Below are positions 16,890 to 34,882 of a stretch of 64,000 nucleotides of DNA, piece by piece (the stretch's first letter is position 1; every line of letters starts with the position of its first letter). The stretch is from the human T2T-CHM13v2.0 reference genome, Homo sapiens. The stretch lies in the NCBI RefSeq assembly GCF_009914755.1, contig NC_060947.1; one strand, written 5' to 3'. A program made the position numbers and the translations under genes. The notes under the pieces were generated by a model that ran no database searches, had not been told where the DNA came from, and was given only the letters and a program-made list of their open reading frames with translations.

Positions 16890-19170
16890 TTATTGGAAAT
16901 GGAATATATATATATACTTTTCTTTACTCCTCCTACTAAATGCAACTAAAAATCTCAGGCATTGTATCTAAAACAAACATAAAAAGACTCCTAAAGGTGA
17001 AGAGAAGGTGGCAGACCAGCTCGGACTCTCAGGACCTGAGTAATGACACATTGGTGAGTATACTGGTGTGTTGTTTTGCCTCATATATTCTAACTTGGAA
17101 CTGAATAAACTGAAAACTCAGATATGTGCTTCAAAACACACTTGAAATAAATGAAACTATAAAATTTCTCTGCAAAGATAGGGAAGATAATTATATCAAT
17201 AATTGTATTATTAGATTAATTGTTATAAGTGAGAGAAGGTAAAGACATTCACCCAATATAAAATAAATTATTTGAATAACCCTATAATTTAAGAGTTAAT
17301 TATATTCATGAATTAAAAATTGTTCCCCAAGGAAATCTCCAAACTCAGATAGTGTCAATGGAGAATTATACCAAAGGTTTAAAAAAGAAATAACACCAAA
17401 TTCAAGTCTCTTTCAGAAAATGGAAGAGAACACTTTCTAACTAATTGTATGAAGGTAGTATTACTCTGATAACAAATCTAAATAAAGATAGTCTAATGAG
17501 GAAATCTCAGACTAATAGCTCTAATTAATTTGGATTTAAAACTTCTAACACAATATTAGTAAATACAATTTAGCAATATATTAAAATAATTATACACTAT
17601 GACCAAGTGGGGTTTATTCCAAAGATACAAGGCTGGTTCATTACTCAAAATCAACAATTTATTCCCTATATATTAATAGACTAAGAAATAAAATTATATG
17701 ACCATATTAATCAATGCAGAAGGAACATTTGACAAAATTCTACATTCATTCATAATAAAAACTCTCAGAAAAATCAGAATATAGGGGAGCTTTCTTTATT
17801 TGAAAAATAGCTCTAAGAATACTACAGCTCACATCACACATAATGGTAAAAGTGTGAGAGCTTTTCCCCTAAAATTAAGAAACAGACAAAAATTTTTATT
17901 CTCACCACTCTTAATTACAATGCTGGAAGTTCCAGACAATGCAGTTAGACAAGAAAAGTAAATAAAATTCTGATCAGAAAGGAAGAAATAAAATTCCTTC
18001 TAGTTGAAGTTGACATGATTGTCTATAGAAAATCGCAAGGAGTGTACAAAAACCTCCTAGAACTAATAAGTTATTTCATCAAGTTTGCAAGATAGAAGAT
18101 CAGATTACAAAATTTAGATGTATGTCTATATGCTAGGAATGAACATGTGGACATTGAAATTAAAAGTACAATACCACTTAGAGTCACTCAAAAATTAAAA
18201 TACTTAGTTGTAAATATAACAAAACATGCACTGGACCTGTTTACTGAAAACTACACAATGCTGATGAAATAAATCAAGGGTTATCTAAATAAATAAAGAG
18301 ATATGCCACATTCACGATTGGAAGATTGAACATAGTAAAGATGTTAATTCCTCCAAATTAATATACAAATTTAACACAATTCTTGTAAAAACTTTTGCAA
18401 GATTTTTTATAACAACAGGTGATAAAAAGTAAATAAATTATAACATTTATAAGTGAAGGCAAAGAAAATAGAATAGCTTATTGTAGTAATTATTTAACAA
18501 CAAATACATATATCTATCATCACATTATACAATTTATGTATATACAATTGTATCTGTCTATTATACCTAAATAAATCTGGAAAAAAGAAAAGAAGAATAA
18601 AACATGAAGAATCTTTCTACCCAATTGTATTACATTATATTGCTCTTGGAATCAAGACTGTGTGGTATTGGAGGAAGGACAGAAACATAGATAAATGGAA
18701 CCAAACACAAAACCCAGAATACACATATAGATATGCCAAATTGATATTTTATAAAGATGTAAAAGCAATTCAATGGAGAAAAGAGTCTTTTAAACACATG
18801 GTTTTGGAGCAATTAGAAATGTATAGGTCAACAAATTAAAATACTGAAATACTAAACATACTTAAACATACTTAAAATACTAAACATAAACCCCACTCCT
18901 AGAAATTAATGCAAACTGGATTACAGTCTTAAATGTAAAACTATAATATTTCAGAAAAAAATAGGAGAAAATTTTTAGAATCTAGTGTTGACAAAGAGTT
19001 CTTAGAATTGGCATTGAAAACATGATATATAAAAGGAAAAACTGATCAATTGTACCAGACCAACATGAAAAACTTTTGTTTTGTGAACAAATCTGTAAAA
19101 AAGATAAAAATACAAGCTACAGATTCCACATATCTGGCAAAGGACTGGTTTCTAGATTATATACAGAAAT
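16890..19170 (+). mobile_element. Old L1MC-like element (5' piece plus decayed ORF2)
   Basis: Degenerate ORF2 motifs ('gaccaagtggggtttattcc', 'tgacatgattgtctatagaaaat'). Probably continues at ~35190-36125. Confidence 0.75.
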
Positions 19171-19657
19171 CTTAAAATAAACAATCCCATTAAAAAGTGG
19201 GCAAAAGACATGAACAGACACTTTTCAAAAGAAGACGCATATGCGGCCAACAAGCGTATTAAAAAAAGCTCAATATCATTGATCTTTAGAGAAATGCAAA
19301 TCAAAACCACAATGAGATACCATGTTGCATCAGTCAAACTGGCTATAATTATAAAGTCAAAAAATAACAGATGATGGTGAGTTTGCAGAGAAAAAGGAAT
19401 GCTTATACACTGGTGGAGGTAGTGTAAATTAGCTCAACCATTGTGGAAGACAGTGTGGTGATTGCTCAAAAACCTAAAAACAGCAATACCATTCCACTCA
19501 GCCATCCCATTACTGGGTATATACCCAAAAGTACATAAATCATTCTATCATAAACACGCATGCACACATGTGTTCATTGCAGGACTATTCACAATAGCAA
19601 AGACATGGAATCAAACCAAATACCCACCAATGGTAGACTGGATAAAGAAAATGTGGA
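19171..19657 (+). mobile_element. L1PA13-16/L1PB-like ORF2 3' fragment
   Basis: ORF 19462..19662 (AIPLLGIYPK...VDWIKKMW). Stops at 'aagaaaatgtgg', where a new L1 5'UTR begins. Confidence 0.85.
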
Positions 19658-19660
19658 ATT

Positions 19661-22600
19661 AGGAGTGGCCAAGATGGCCATCTAGAAGTTGCTAATGTGT
19701 GTGCCTCTCACGGAGAGGAACCAAAGGGGCAGGTAAATATAGCACCTTCAATTAAAATATTCAGGTACTCGCATTGGGACTATTCAAACAACTTGATCCA
19801 TGGAGAACAGAGAAAAGCAAGGCAGGACGATGGCCCACTCGGGAGTGACACAGAGCCAAGGGAACCTCTCTCACCCAGGGAAGTGGTGAGTGAACATGTG
19901 ACCACAGGAAACCACACTTCTTCTATGGAGCTTTGCAAACTTTGGGTCAGGTGGTCCCCTTGTGAACCCACTCCACGTGGGCCTTCAGTCTGACACAGAG
20001 AGCTACATGGAGTCTTGGCAAAGCATCCACTCAGGCATGCACGAGACTCAGGAGCTTTAGATACTCCAGCTTTCTGGGCTTCCTGGCAGAAGTAACTGCA
20101 ACCCCAGGTGGTTAGACCCCTGTACATACCCCTAAGAAAGAAGTTGAATCCAGGGGGCCAAGCTGCAATGGTCTGTGAACCCCACTTCCGTTGCACCTCA
20201 CAGGATAAGACCCACTGGCTTAGGATTCCAGCCAGTTACAGGTAGCAGAGTTGTGTCTCTCTGTGATGGAGTTCCTAGGGGAAGGGGTGGGCTACTAACT
20301 CTGCTGTTTGGGTGACTTAGCCATATGGCCTTCAGGCTTTGGAGAGTCCAAACCAAACGGGGGCAGAAGAGATCCCCCAGCACAGCACAGCTGCTTTACC
20401 AAAACATGGCCAGATTGCTTCTTTAATTGGGTCTCAAATCCCCTTTCTCCTCACTTGGGGGGTAACTCCCAACCAAGGCCTGCAGCCCCCTCTGCCAGTG
20501 TTCTCTGGCCAGTAGAGATTTTAAAATTCCATGGGAAAGAGCTCCCAGAGGGAGGAGTGGACCATTATCTTTGTTGTTTGGATAACTTAGCCATTTTATC
20601 CTTTGGGCTTTGGAGAGCCCAAGCCAACCTGGGGTGGAAGTGGTACACCAGCACAGCACACTGCCCTATGAAAAAGTGGCCATACTGCTTTTTTACGTGG
20701 TTCCCTGATCCTGTCCTTCATCACAGTGTGGAGCCTCCCAACCAGGATCTCCAGCTACTTCCACTGGTGTTCTCTGGCTGACAGAGGTTTCAGACCTCCC
20801 TGGGATGGAGCTCCCAGGGGTAGGGGTGGGCCGCCATCTTTGCTGTTTGAGCAAATTAGCTATTTCAGCCTTCAAGCTTCAGAGTGTTTGAGGTGACTGG
20901 GGGCTGATGTGGACTCACAATACAGCTGCTCTATGAAAACATGGCCAGACTACTTTTTTAACCAACTCCGTGATCCCATTCCTCCTGACTGAACAAGACC
21001 TCCCAACAGGGGTCTTTAGCCACCTCCTACAGGTGTGTTCGGGCTGGCAACAGGCCTCTGCCTCCCTGGGATGAAGCTCTGAGAGGGAGGAGCAGGCTGC
21101 CATCTTTGTTGTTTGGCAGCCTTAACTGGTGATACTTCCAGGCATTGGAAAACCTGAGACAACTAGGGACTGGAGTGGATGCTCAGCATACCCAGCGACC
21201 CTATGGAAAAGTGACCAGACTGCTACATGAGTGCCCATTCCCATATCTCCTCACCAGGCAGGTCCTCCATGCCTGGGCCTACAGCCACTCTCTGCCAGAG
21301 CTGTCAAGCCTCTCTGGACGGAGCCGCCAGGGGCAACTGAAAGCCTCTCTGCCACTGCCTTTGCAGTAGGCCTCTCCTTGTTACTCTTGAACTATAAAAA
21401 GAGCAAAGACCTTAAGTGCCTATCCACACCTTTAACAACTGGTAGTTGACCCAAGGAGAGTAGGCCTGTCTATCCCCATGGGTTCCACATACCCCACATT
21501 GCTCATCACTAGACAGGGAATCCCTGGCTGGGGCCCAGAGCACAGACCATCCATCCTGGGATGATTGCACTGAGTGACTGCTGACCCACATCTCTCTGGG
21601 ATGGAGGCTCCAGGAGACAAGCAAAGTGGTGGAACAGCAAGCCAGATGATGTGGAGCCCAGGGGGTTTAGTGCAAGAGCATCTGTCGTGGAGCAGGGCCA
21701 GAGATGGTCATTCCTCTAGGCTCAACTTGCTCCCACAAGAGGCTTTAGCCCTAGGGAAACCATTGGACCTGATCTCTGCAGGGCAGCCTTGCACATCAGA
21801 TGGGGCTAGTCCCACCTGAGCACTCCTTGGTCTGCTGGCCTCCTGGGGCCCCATCCTTGCCATGCCTGCTTATAAGACAGTCTCAGGTGCGCTGCGAGCC
21901 CACACCATAGCTTCTGCACCAGTGGACCATGCCTGCCCCATGGAAAGCTCCAGCAAGGTGGCCCCTACAGGTGTGCACCAGCCTGCACATTCCCTTGCCA
22001 TAGTGCAGCTTCTCATGAGCCCATGGCAAATCCCCAAGTCGTTTTTCTGGTGCATGTCTGCATGGCAGGTTTTGCTTTCCTTGCCCCTTCAGCATGCAGG
22101 AGTGCACTACTTCCCCCATCCCAGCCTACTGCTATTGCAGACTTAGCCTTGGCTGGCACAGAGCCAGTAAGCCCTGCCTCTGCCAGTGCTCTGCTTTTTT
22201 GTTAATGCTGCACAGAGAACAGGGAATTCTTTTACAACCTGGGCAATCACGCATGCTTGTGGGGCACAGAATAAGCACCCAGGCCTGCACTGGCCAGCAT
22301 TCCACCACAAACCAGGACCATCTCCACTGCAACAGTGCACACAGTCTCTAGCAGGGTACTACCATAACCCCAACCCTTGGCTGCCTTGCCTCCACCACTA
22401 TGGTGAATGCCCACAGGGAGGCAGGTACCCCCTGCATCCAGTAGCACTTTGCTGCAGCTGACACACCTCAGTTCCCCCAGTGCAGTAGACTCCAAACCTC
22501 AAGGAGCCAGAGAACAAAGGGCCCAATACAAGTCCTGCAGATTTACAGCACGCAGCCCAGAAGTTCAGAGATGAAGGTTGGATCCCCTAAAATCTTCCAG

Positions 22601-25351
22601 AAACAAAACCAGTTGGCTGAATCCACCTTATATCACAATCAAACACTCATGGTTATCAAATAGGATAAAAGAAAAAAAATTAAAATGTCAGCAACATCAA
22701 AGATCAAAGGTAGATAAGCCCACAAAAATGAGATTCAGTGCACAAATGCTAAAAACTCAAAAAGCCAGAATACCTTCTAGCCTCCAAATGACCACATTCA
22801 CTCTTCAGCAAGGATTCAGAACTGAGCTGAGGCTGAGATGGCTGAAATGACAAGTACAATTCAGAATATTGATAGGAGCAAAGTTCACTGAGCTATAGGA
22901 GTACACTGTAACTCAATGCGAGGAATCAAAAATTATGATAAAAAATTACAGAAGCTGACAGACAAAATAGCCAGAATAGAGACGAACATAACCAACCTGA
23001 TAGAGCTGAAAAACACACTATAAAAATTTCATAATGCAATCACAAGTATTAACAGCAGAATAGACCAAGTGGAGAAAAAAATCTTAGAGCATGAAGACTG
23101 GCTTTCTAAAATAAGGCAGGCAGACAAGAATAGATAAAAAAAGAATTAAAAGGAGTATATAACCCCCCCAAAAAAATGAGATTATGTAAAGAGACCAAAT
23201 CTATGACTGATTGGTGTACCTGAAAGAGATAAGGAGAATGGGACCAACTTGGAAAACATATTTCAGGATATCATCCATGAGAACTTCCCTAATCCAGCTA
23301 GAGAGGATAACATTCAAATTCAGGAAATGCAGAGAACCCCAGTAACATGCTCCACAGAAAGACCATCCCCAAGACACATACTCATCACGTTCTCCAAGGT
23401 TGAAATGAAAGAAAAAATGTTAAAGGGAGGTAGAGAGAAGGACCAGGTAAACTACAATGGGAAGCCCATCAGTGTTAACAGTGGACCTCTAACTGGAAAC
23501 CCTGAAAATAAAAGATTGGGTGTCAATATTCAATATTTTTAAGGAAAAGAAATTCCAACTCAGAATTTCTTTTCTCACTAAATATGGAAAGAAAAGACCA
23601 TTACCCACCACTACAAAAACACACTGAAGTACACAAACCAGTGACATTATAAAGCAACCACATAAAAAAGTCTGCAAAATAACCAGCTAACAAGATGATG
23701 ACAGGATCAAATCCACACATATCAATACTGATTTTAAATGTAAATGGGCTAAATGCTCCAATTAAAAGACAGTGTGGCAAGCTGAATAAAGAATCAAGAC
23801 CCATCAGTATGCTGTCTTCAAGAGCCCTATCTCATATGTAATGTCACACATAGGCTCAAATAAAAGGAGGAAAATCTATCAAGAAAATGAAAAACAGAAA
23901 AAGAAGGGATTGAAATCTTAGTTCTTGACAAAGTAGAACTGACAAGCATCAAAAAGGACACAGAAAAACGTCAAATAATGGTGAAAGACTCAATTCAACA
24001 AGAAGATGTAACTATTCTAAATATATGCACCCAACACAGGAGCATCTCGATTTATAAGGCAAGTTCATAGAGACCTTCAAAGAGTCTTAGACTACCACAC
24101 AATAATAGTGGGATATTTTAACACCCCATTGACAATATTAGACAGATTATTGAGGCAGAAAATTAACAAATATATTAATGACCTGAACTCAGCACTGGAC
24201 AATATGGGCCTGATAGATATCTACAGAACTCTCCACCAAAAAAATAACAAAATATACATTTTTCTCACCACCACATGGGACATACTCTAAAACCAACTGT
24301 ATAATTAGATGTAAACCTTTCATAAGCAAATTCAAGAGAACTGAAATCATAACAAATAGTCTCTAGGACTATGGTGCAATGAAACTAGAAATCAAGACTA
24401 AGAAGTTCACTCAAAACCATATAATTATATGGATATTGAATAATCTGCTCCTGAATGATTTTGGGGTAAAAAATGAAATTAAGGGAGAAATCAGTAAGTT
24501 ATTTGAAACTAATGAGAACAAAAATACAATATACCAGAATCTCTGAGACACAGCTAAGGCAGTGTTAAGAGAGAAATTTATAGCACTAAATGCCCACAGA
24601 AAAAAGTTAGAAAGATCTCAAGTTAACAACCTAACTTCACAATTAAAAGAATCAGAGAACCAAGAGCAAACCAACCCCAAAGCTAGTAGAAGACAAATAA
24701 CCAAATCAGAGCTGAACTGAAGAAGAGATAAAGGCACAAAAAAACATTCAAAAGGTCAACAAATCCAGGAGCTGCTTTTAAAAAAATAATAAAATAAATA
24801 GAATTCTAGATAGACTAATGAAGAAGAAAAGAGAGAATATTTAAATAAACACAATCAGAAACTACAAGGGGATATTACCACTGACCCCGCAGAAATAAAA
24901 TTATCAATGAATGTTATCAACACATTTATGCATATAAATTAGAAAATCTAGAGGAAATGACCAAATTCCTGGACAAATACACCCTCGCAAGACTGAGCCA
25001 GGAAGAAATTGAATTCCTGAACAGACCAATAATGAGCTCTGAAATGGAGGCAGTAATAAATTTCCTATCAACCAATAAAAGCCCAAGACCAGATGGATTC
25101 ATGGCTGAATTCTACCAAATGTACAAAGAAGAGCTGGTACCATTCCTATTGAAATTACTTTAAAAAATTGAGGAGAATGGACGCCTCCTTAATTCATTCT
25201 ATGAGGCCAGCATCATCCTGATAGCAAAACCTGGCAGCAATGCAACAAAAAAAGAAAACTTCAGGCCAATATCCTTGATGAACACTGATGCAAAAATCCT
25301 CATCAAAATACCAGCAAACTGAATTCAACAGCACATTGAAAAGCTTATTCA
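19661..25351 (+). mobile_element. L1PA13-16-like (L1P4) element: ~3 kb 5'UTR, decayed ORF1 (from 22728) and ORF2 (from 23698), interrupted at 25351
   Basis: YY1-type start 'gccaagatggcc', GC-rich UTR with monomer repeats, ORF1 remnant 23249..23542 (ENIFQDIIHENFPN), and ORF2 remnants. Confidence 0.88.
20255..21130 (+). repeat. Diverged tandem array, ~268-bp period, 3+ units, inside the L1 5'UTR
   Basis: The motif 'gggatggagctccc.agggg...ccatctttgctgtttg' recurs at ~20265, 20533, 20802 and 21068. Confidence 0.85.
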
Positions 25352-28300
25352 GATAATTGCTGGAGGTGGGGGATTCAAGATGGCCTAATAGGAAAAACAC
25401 CTGTGTGCAGTTCCCAGCGAGATCGATGCAGAAGGTGGGTGATTTCTGCATTTCCAACTGACGTACCCGGTTCATCTCAATGGGACTGGTTGCACAGTGG
25501 GTGCAGCCCACGGAGGGTGAGCTGAAGTCAGGTGGGTTGTTGCCTCACCTGGGAAGTGCAAGGGGTTGGGGAATTTTCTCCCCTACACAAGAGAACCCAT
25601 GAGGGTCTAAGCCTGAGGAACTCCAGCACAGATACTGAGCTTGTCCCTCAGTCTTCACAACCTGCAAACCAGGAGATCCCCTCTGGTGCCTACCCCACCA
25701 AGGCCCTGGGTTTCAAGCACAAAACTGGGTGGCCAGTTGGGCAGTCACTGAACTAGCTGCAGGAGCTCTTTTTTTCCCATACCCCAGTGGTGCATAGAAT
25801 GCCAATGAGACAGAACCGTTCACTCCCCTTGAAATGGCAGCTGAAGCCAGGGAGCAAAGTGGTCTGGCTTGGTGAGTCCCATCCACATGGAGCCCAGGAA
25901 ACTAAAATCCAGTGGCTTGAAATTCTCACAGTCAGCACAGCAGCAATCTGAGGTCCTCCTGGGACATTCAAGCTTGGTGGAGGGAGGGGCATCTGCCATT
26001 GCTGAGGCTTGAATAAGCGGTTTTATGATCACAGTGTAAACAAAGCTTCTGGGAAGTTCGAACTGGGCAGAGCCCACTGTAGCTCAGCAAGGATGCTGTG
26101 GCCAGACTGCCAGATTTCTCCTCTCTGGACAGGGCATATCTGTAAAAAAGGTAGCAGCCCCAGTCAGGGGCTTATAGCAGACATAAAAGTTCCTGCCTGA
26201 TGGCTCTGAAGAGTACAGTGGACCTCCCAGCACAGTGTTCGTGCTTTGCTAAGGGTCAGACGGCCTCCACAAGTGAGTCCCTGACCCCCGTGTGTACTGA
26301 CTAGGAGACACCTCCAAGTAGGGGCCAACAGACATCTCTTACAGGAGAGCTCTGGCTGGCATCTGGAAGGTGTACCTCTGGGTCAAAACTTCCAGAGGAA
26401 AGAACAGACAGCAATCTTTGCTGCTCTGCAGCCTCCACTGGTGATACCCAGGGAAACAGGGTCGGGAGTGGACCTCCAGCAAACTCCAGCTGACTGGCAG
26501 CAGAGGGGCCTGACTGTTAGAAGGAAAATAAACAAACAGAAAGGAATAGCACATCCACTCAAATGCCCCATCTGAAGTTCACCAACATCAAAGACCAAAG
26601 GTAGATAAATCTACAAAGATAGGAAAGAAAAAAAAAGTGCTAAAAGGATATAAATACCAAAATCCAGAATGCCTCTCTTCCTCCGAAGGATCACAACTCT
26701 TCACCAGCAAGGGAACAAAACTGGACAGAGAATGCATTTGATGAACTGACAGAAGTAGCCTTCAGAAGGTGGGTAATAACAAACTCCCCTGAGCTAAAGG
26801 AGCATGTTCTAACCCAATGCAAGGAAGCTAAGAACCTTGAAAAAAGGTTAGCCGAATTGCTAACTAGAATAACTAATGTAGAGAAGAACATATATGATCT
26901 GATGGAGCTGAAAAACACAGCATGAGAACGTGAAGAATATACAAGTATCAATAGCTGAATAGATCAAGCAGAAGAAAGGATATCAGTGATTGAAGACCAA
27001 CTTAATGAAATAAAGAGAGAAGACAAGATCAGAGAAAAAAAAAAAGTATAAAAAGAAAGAACAAACACTCCAAGAAATCTGGGACTATGTGAAAAGACCA
27101 AACCTGTGTTTGATTGGTGTATCTGAAAGTGATGGGGAGAATGGAACCAAGTTGGAAAACACTCTTCAGGATATTATCCAGGAGAACTTCCCCAACCTAG
27201 AAAGACAGGACAACATTCAAATTCAGGAAATGCAGAGAACACCACAAAGATACTTCTAGAGAAGAGCAACCCCAAGACACATAATTGTCAGATTCACCAA
27301 GGTTGAAATGAAGGGAAAAATGTTAAGGGCAGCCAGAGAAAAAAGTCAGGTTACCCACAAAGGGAAGCCAATCAGACTAACAGCAGATGTCTCTGCAGAA
27401 ACCCTACAAGTCAGGAGAGAGTGGGTGCCAATATTTGGTGTTCTCAAAGAAAAGAATTTTCAAACCAGAATTTCATATCTAGCCAAACTAAGCTTCATAA
27501 GTGAAGAAGAAATAAAATCCTTTACAGGCAAGCAAATGCTGAGGGATTTTGTCACCGCTAGATCTGCCTTACAGAGCTCCTGAAGTGAGCACTAAACATG
27601 GAAAGGAAAAACAGTTACCAGCCAATACAAAAACATACCAAATTGTAAAGAACATCAACACTATGAAGAAACCGCATTAACTAACCAACATCCAGCAAAA
27701 CAACCAGCTAGAATCATAATGACAGAATCAAATTCACACATTACAATATTAACCGTAAATGGAAACAGGCCAAATGCCCCAATTAAAAGACACAGACTGG
27801 CAAATTGGATAAAAAGTCAAGACACCTCAGTGTGCTGTATTCAGAAGATCTACCTCAAGTGCAAAGACACACATAGGCTCAAAATAAAGGGATGGAGGGA
27901 TACTTATCAAGTGAATGGAAAGCAAAAAAGAACGTGAGTTGCAGTCCTAATCTCTGATAAAACAGACTTTAATCCAACAAAGATCAAAAGAGACAAAGAA
28001 GGGCATTACATTTTGGTGAAGGGATCAATGCAGCAATGAGAGCTAACTATCCTAAATATATATGCACCCAATACAGGAGCACACATATTAATAAAGCAAG
28101 TTTTTAGAGACCTAGAAAGACTTAGACTCCCACACAATAATAATGGGAGAATTTCACACTCCACTGTCAATATTAGACAGTTCGAGGAGACAGAAAATTA
28201 ACAGTGATATTCAAGACTTGAACTCAGCTCTGGAGCAAGCCGACCTAATAGACTTCTACAGAATTCTCCACCCCAAATCAACAGAATATATATTCCTCTC

Positions 28301-30102
28301 AGCACCACATAGCACTTATTTTAAAATTGACCACATAATTGGAAGTAAAACACTTCTCAGCAAATGTACAAGAATGGAAATCATAACAAACTGTATCTCA
28401 GACCAGAGTGCAATCAAATTAGAACTCAGGATAAAGAAACTCACTGAAAACCTCACAACTACATGGAAACTGAACAACCTGCTTCTGAATGACTACTGGG
28501 TAAATAATGAAATAAAGGTAGGAATAAAGACGTTCTTTGAAACCAGTAAGAATAAAGACACAACGTACCAGAATCTCTGGACACATTTAAGGCAGTGTTT
28601 AGAGGGAAATTTATAGCACTAAATGCACACAAGAGAAAGCAGGAAAAATCTAAAATTGATGCCCTAACATCAAAATTAAAAGAACTAGAGAAGCAGAAGC
28701 AAACGAATTCAAAAGCTAGCAGAAGACATGAAATAACTAAGAGCAGAGCAGAACTGAAGGAGATAGAGGCACAAACAACCCTCCAAAAAATCAATGAATT
28801 CAGGAGTTGTTTTTTTAGAAAAATCAACAAAATAGATAGACTGCTAGCCAGACTAATACAGAAGAAAAGAGAGAAGAATCAAGTAGACAAAATAAAAAAT
28901 GATATAGGGGATATCACCACTGATCCCACAGAAATAAAAACTACCATCAGAGAATACAATAAATGCCTCTAGCAAATAAACTAGAAAATCTAGAAGAAAT
29001 GGATAAATCCCTGGACACATACACCCTCACAAGTCTAAGTCAGAAAGAAGTTGAATCCCTGAATAGACCAATAACAAGTTCTGAAATTGAAGCAGTAATT
29101 AATAGCCTACTAACCAAAAAAGTCCAGGACCAGACAGATTCACAGCCGAATTCTACCAGAGGAACAAAGAGGAGCTGCTACCATTCCTTCTGAAACTATT
29201 CCAATCAATAGAAAAAGAGGGCATCCTCCCTCATTTCATGAGGCCAGAATCATTCTGATATCAAAACCTGGCAGAGACACAACAAAAAGAGAAAACTTCA
29301 GACCAATATTCCTGATAAATATCGATGTGACAATGCTCAATAAAATACTAGCAAACTGAATCCAGCAGCACATCAAAAAGATTATCCACTATGATCAAGT
29401 TGGCTTCATACCTGGGATGCAGAGCTGGTTCAACATATGCAAATCAATAAACGCAATCCATCACAAAAACAGAACAAATGAGAAAAACCACATGATTATC
29501 TCAATAGACACAGAAAAGGCCTTTGATAAAAATCAACGCCTCTTCATGCTAAAAGCTCTCAATAAACTAGGTATCGATGGAACATATCTCAAAATAATAA
29601 GAGCTATTTATGACAAACCCACAGCCAATATCATACTGAATGGGAAAAAACTGGAAGCATTTCCTTTGAAAACTGGCACAAGACAAGGATGCCTCTCTCA
29701 TCACTCCTATTCAACATAGTATTGGAAGTTCTGGCCAGGGTAATCAGGCAGGAGAAAGCAATAAAGTGTATTCAGATATGAAGAGAGTAAGTCAAATTGT
29801 CTGTGTTTGCAGATTACATGATTGAATATTTAGAAAACCCCATCATCTCAGCCCAAAATCTCCTTAAGCTGATAAGCAACTTCAGCAAAGTCTCAGGACA
29901 CAAAATCAATGTGCAAAAATCACAGGCATTCTTATACACCAATAACAGACAAACAGAGAGCAAAATCATGAGTGAAGTCCCATTCACAATTACTACTAAG
30001 AGAACAAAATACCTAGGAATTCAACTTACAAGGTATGTGAAGGACCTCTTCAAGGAGAACTACAAACCACTGCTCAATGAAATAAAAGAGGAGAGAAACA
30101 AA
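25352..30102 (+). mobile_element. L1PA7/8-like element, 5'UTR-ORF1-ORF2, broken off after the RT core
   Basis: 'caagatggcctaatagg' 5' end, ORF1 remnants, ORF2 ATG 27719, and FADY in place of FADD. Homology ends at 'gaggagagaaacaaa' 30102. Confidence 0.92.
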
Positions 30103-30238
30103 CTTTTACATTTATCTCTTCATTGCTGAACATATTTGTCAAGATTTCAAAATGTCCAGATGTGGAAAGCAAGGTGGAAAGGCCTGAGCCAAGGCTAAGA
30201 CTTGCTCTTCTAGGGTTGGGCTCCAGTTCCCCGTGGGT

Positions 30239-34461
<4,223 letters not shown>

Positions 34462-34882
34462 GAAAAGCTTATTTATCATAATCAAGTAGGCTTTAATGCT
34501 GGGATGAGAGTTTGGTTCAACATATGCAAATCAATAAATATGATTCATCACATAAACAGAACTAAAGACAAAAAACACGTAATTATCTCAATAGATGGAG
34601 AACAGGCTTTCAGTACAATTAAACATTCCTTCATGTTAAAAGTTCTCAACAAACAAGATTTTGAAGGAACATACTTCAAAATAATGAGTCACTTATGACA
34701 AACTCACAGCCAACATCATACTGAATGGGCAAAAGCTGGAAGCATTTCCCATGAGAGCTGGCACAAGACATTGATTCCCTCTCTGACCACTCCTATTTTA
34801 CATAGTATTGGGAGTTCTAGCTAGGTCAATCAGGCAAGAGAATAAAATGACAGCATCCGAATAGATAGCAAGGAAGTTAATC
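34462..34882 (+). mobile_element. Continuation of the L1P4 host ORF2 interrupted at 25351
   Basis: 'gaaaagcttatt.atcataatcaagtaggc' continues in register from 25338-25351. ORF 34504..34698 ([16 protein letters not shown]). Confidence 0.88.

Noticed and set aside
20255-21130. CRISPR-like or other repeat-spacer array
   Set aside because: The units are ~270-bp diverged tandem monomers without unique spacers, in primate L1 DNA with no cas genes.
19697-22495. Dense cluster of 60-157 aa ORFs on both strands, resembling a gene island
   Set aside because: They lie in a GC-rich L1 5'UTR where stop codons are rare. There are no protein motifs or splice structure. The same applies to 37569-39152.
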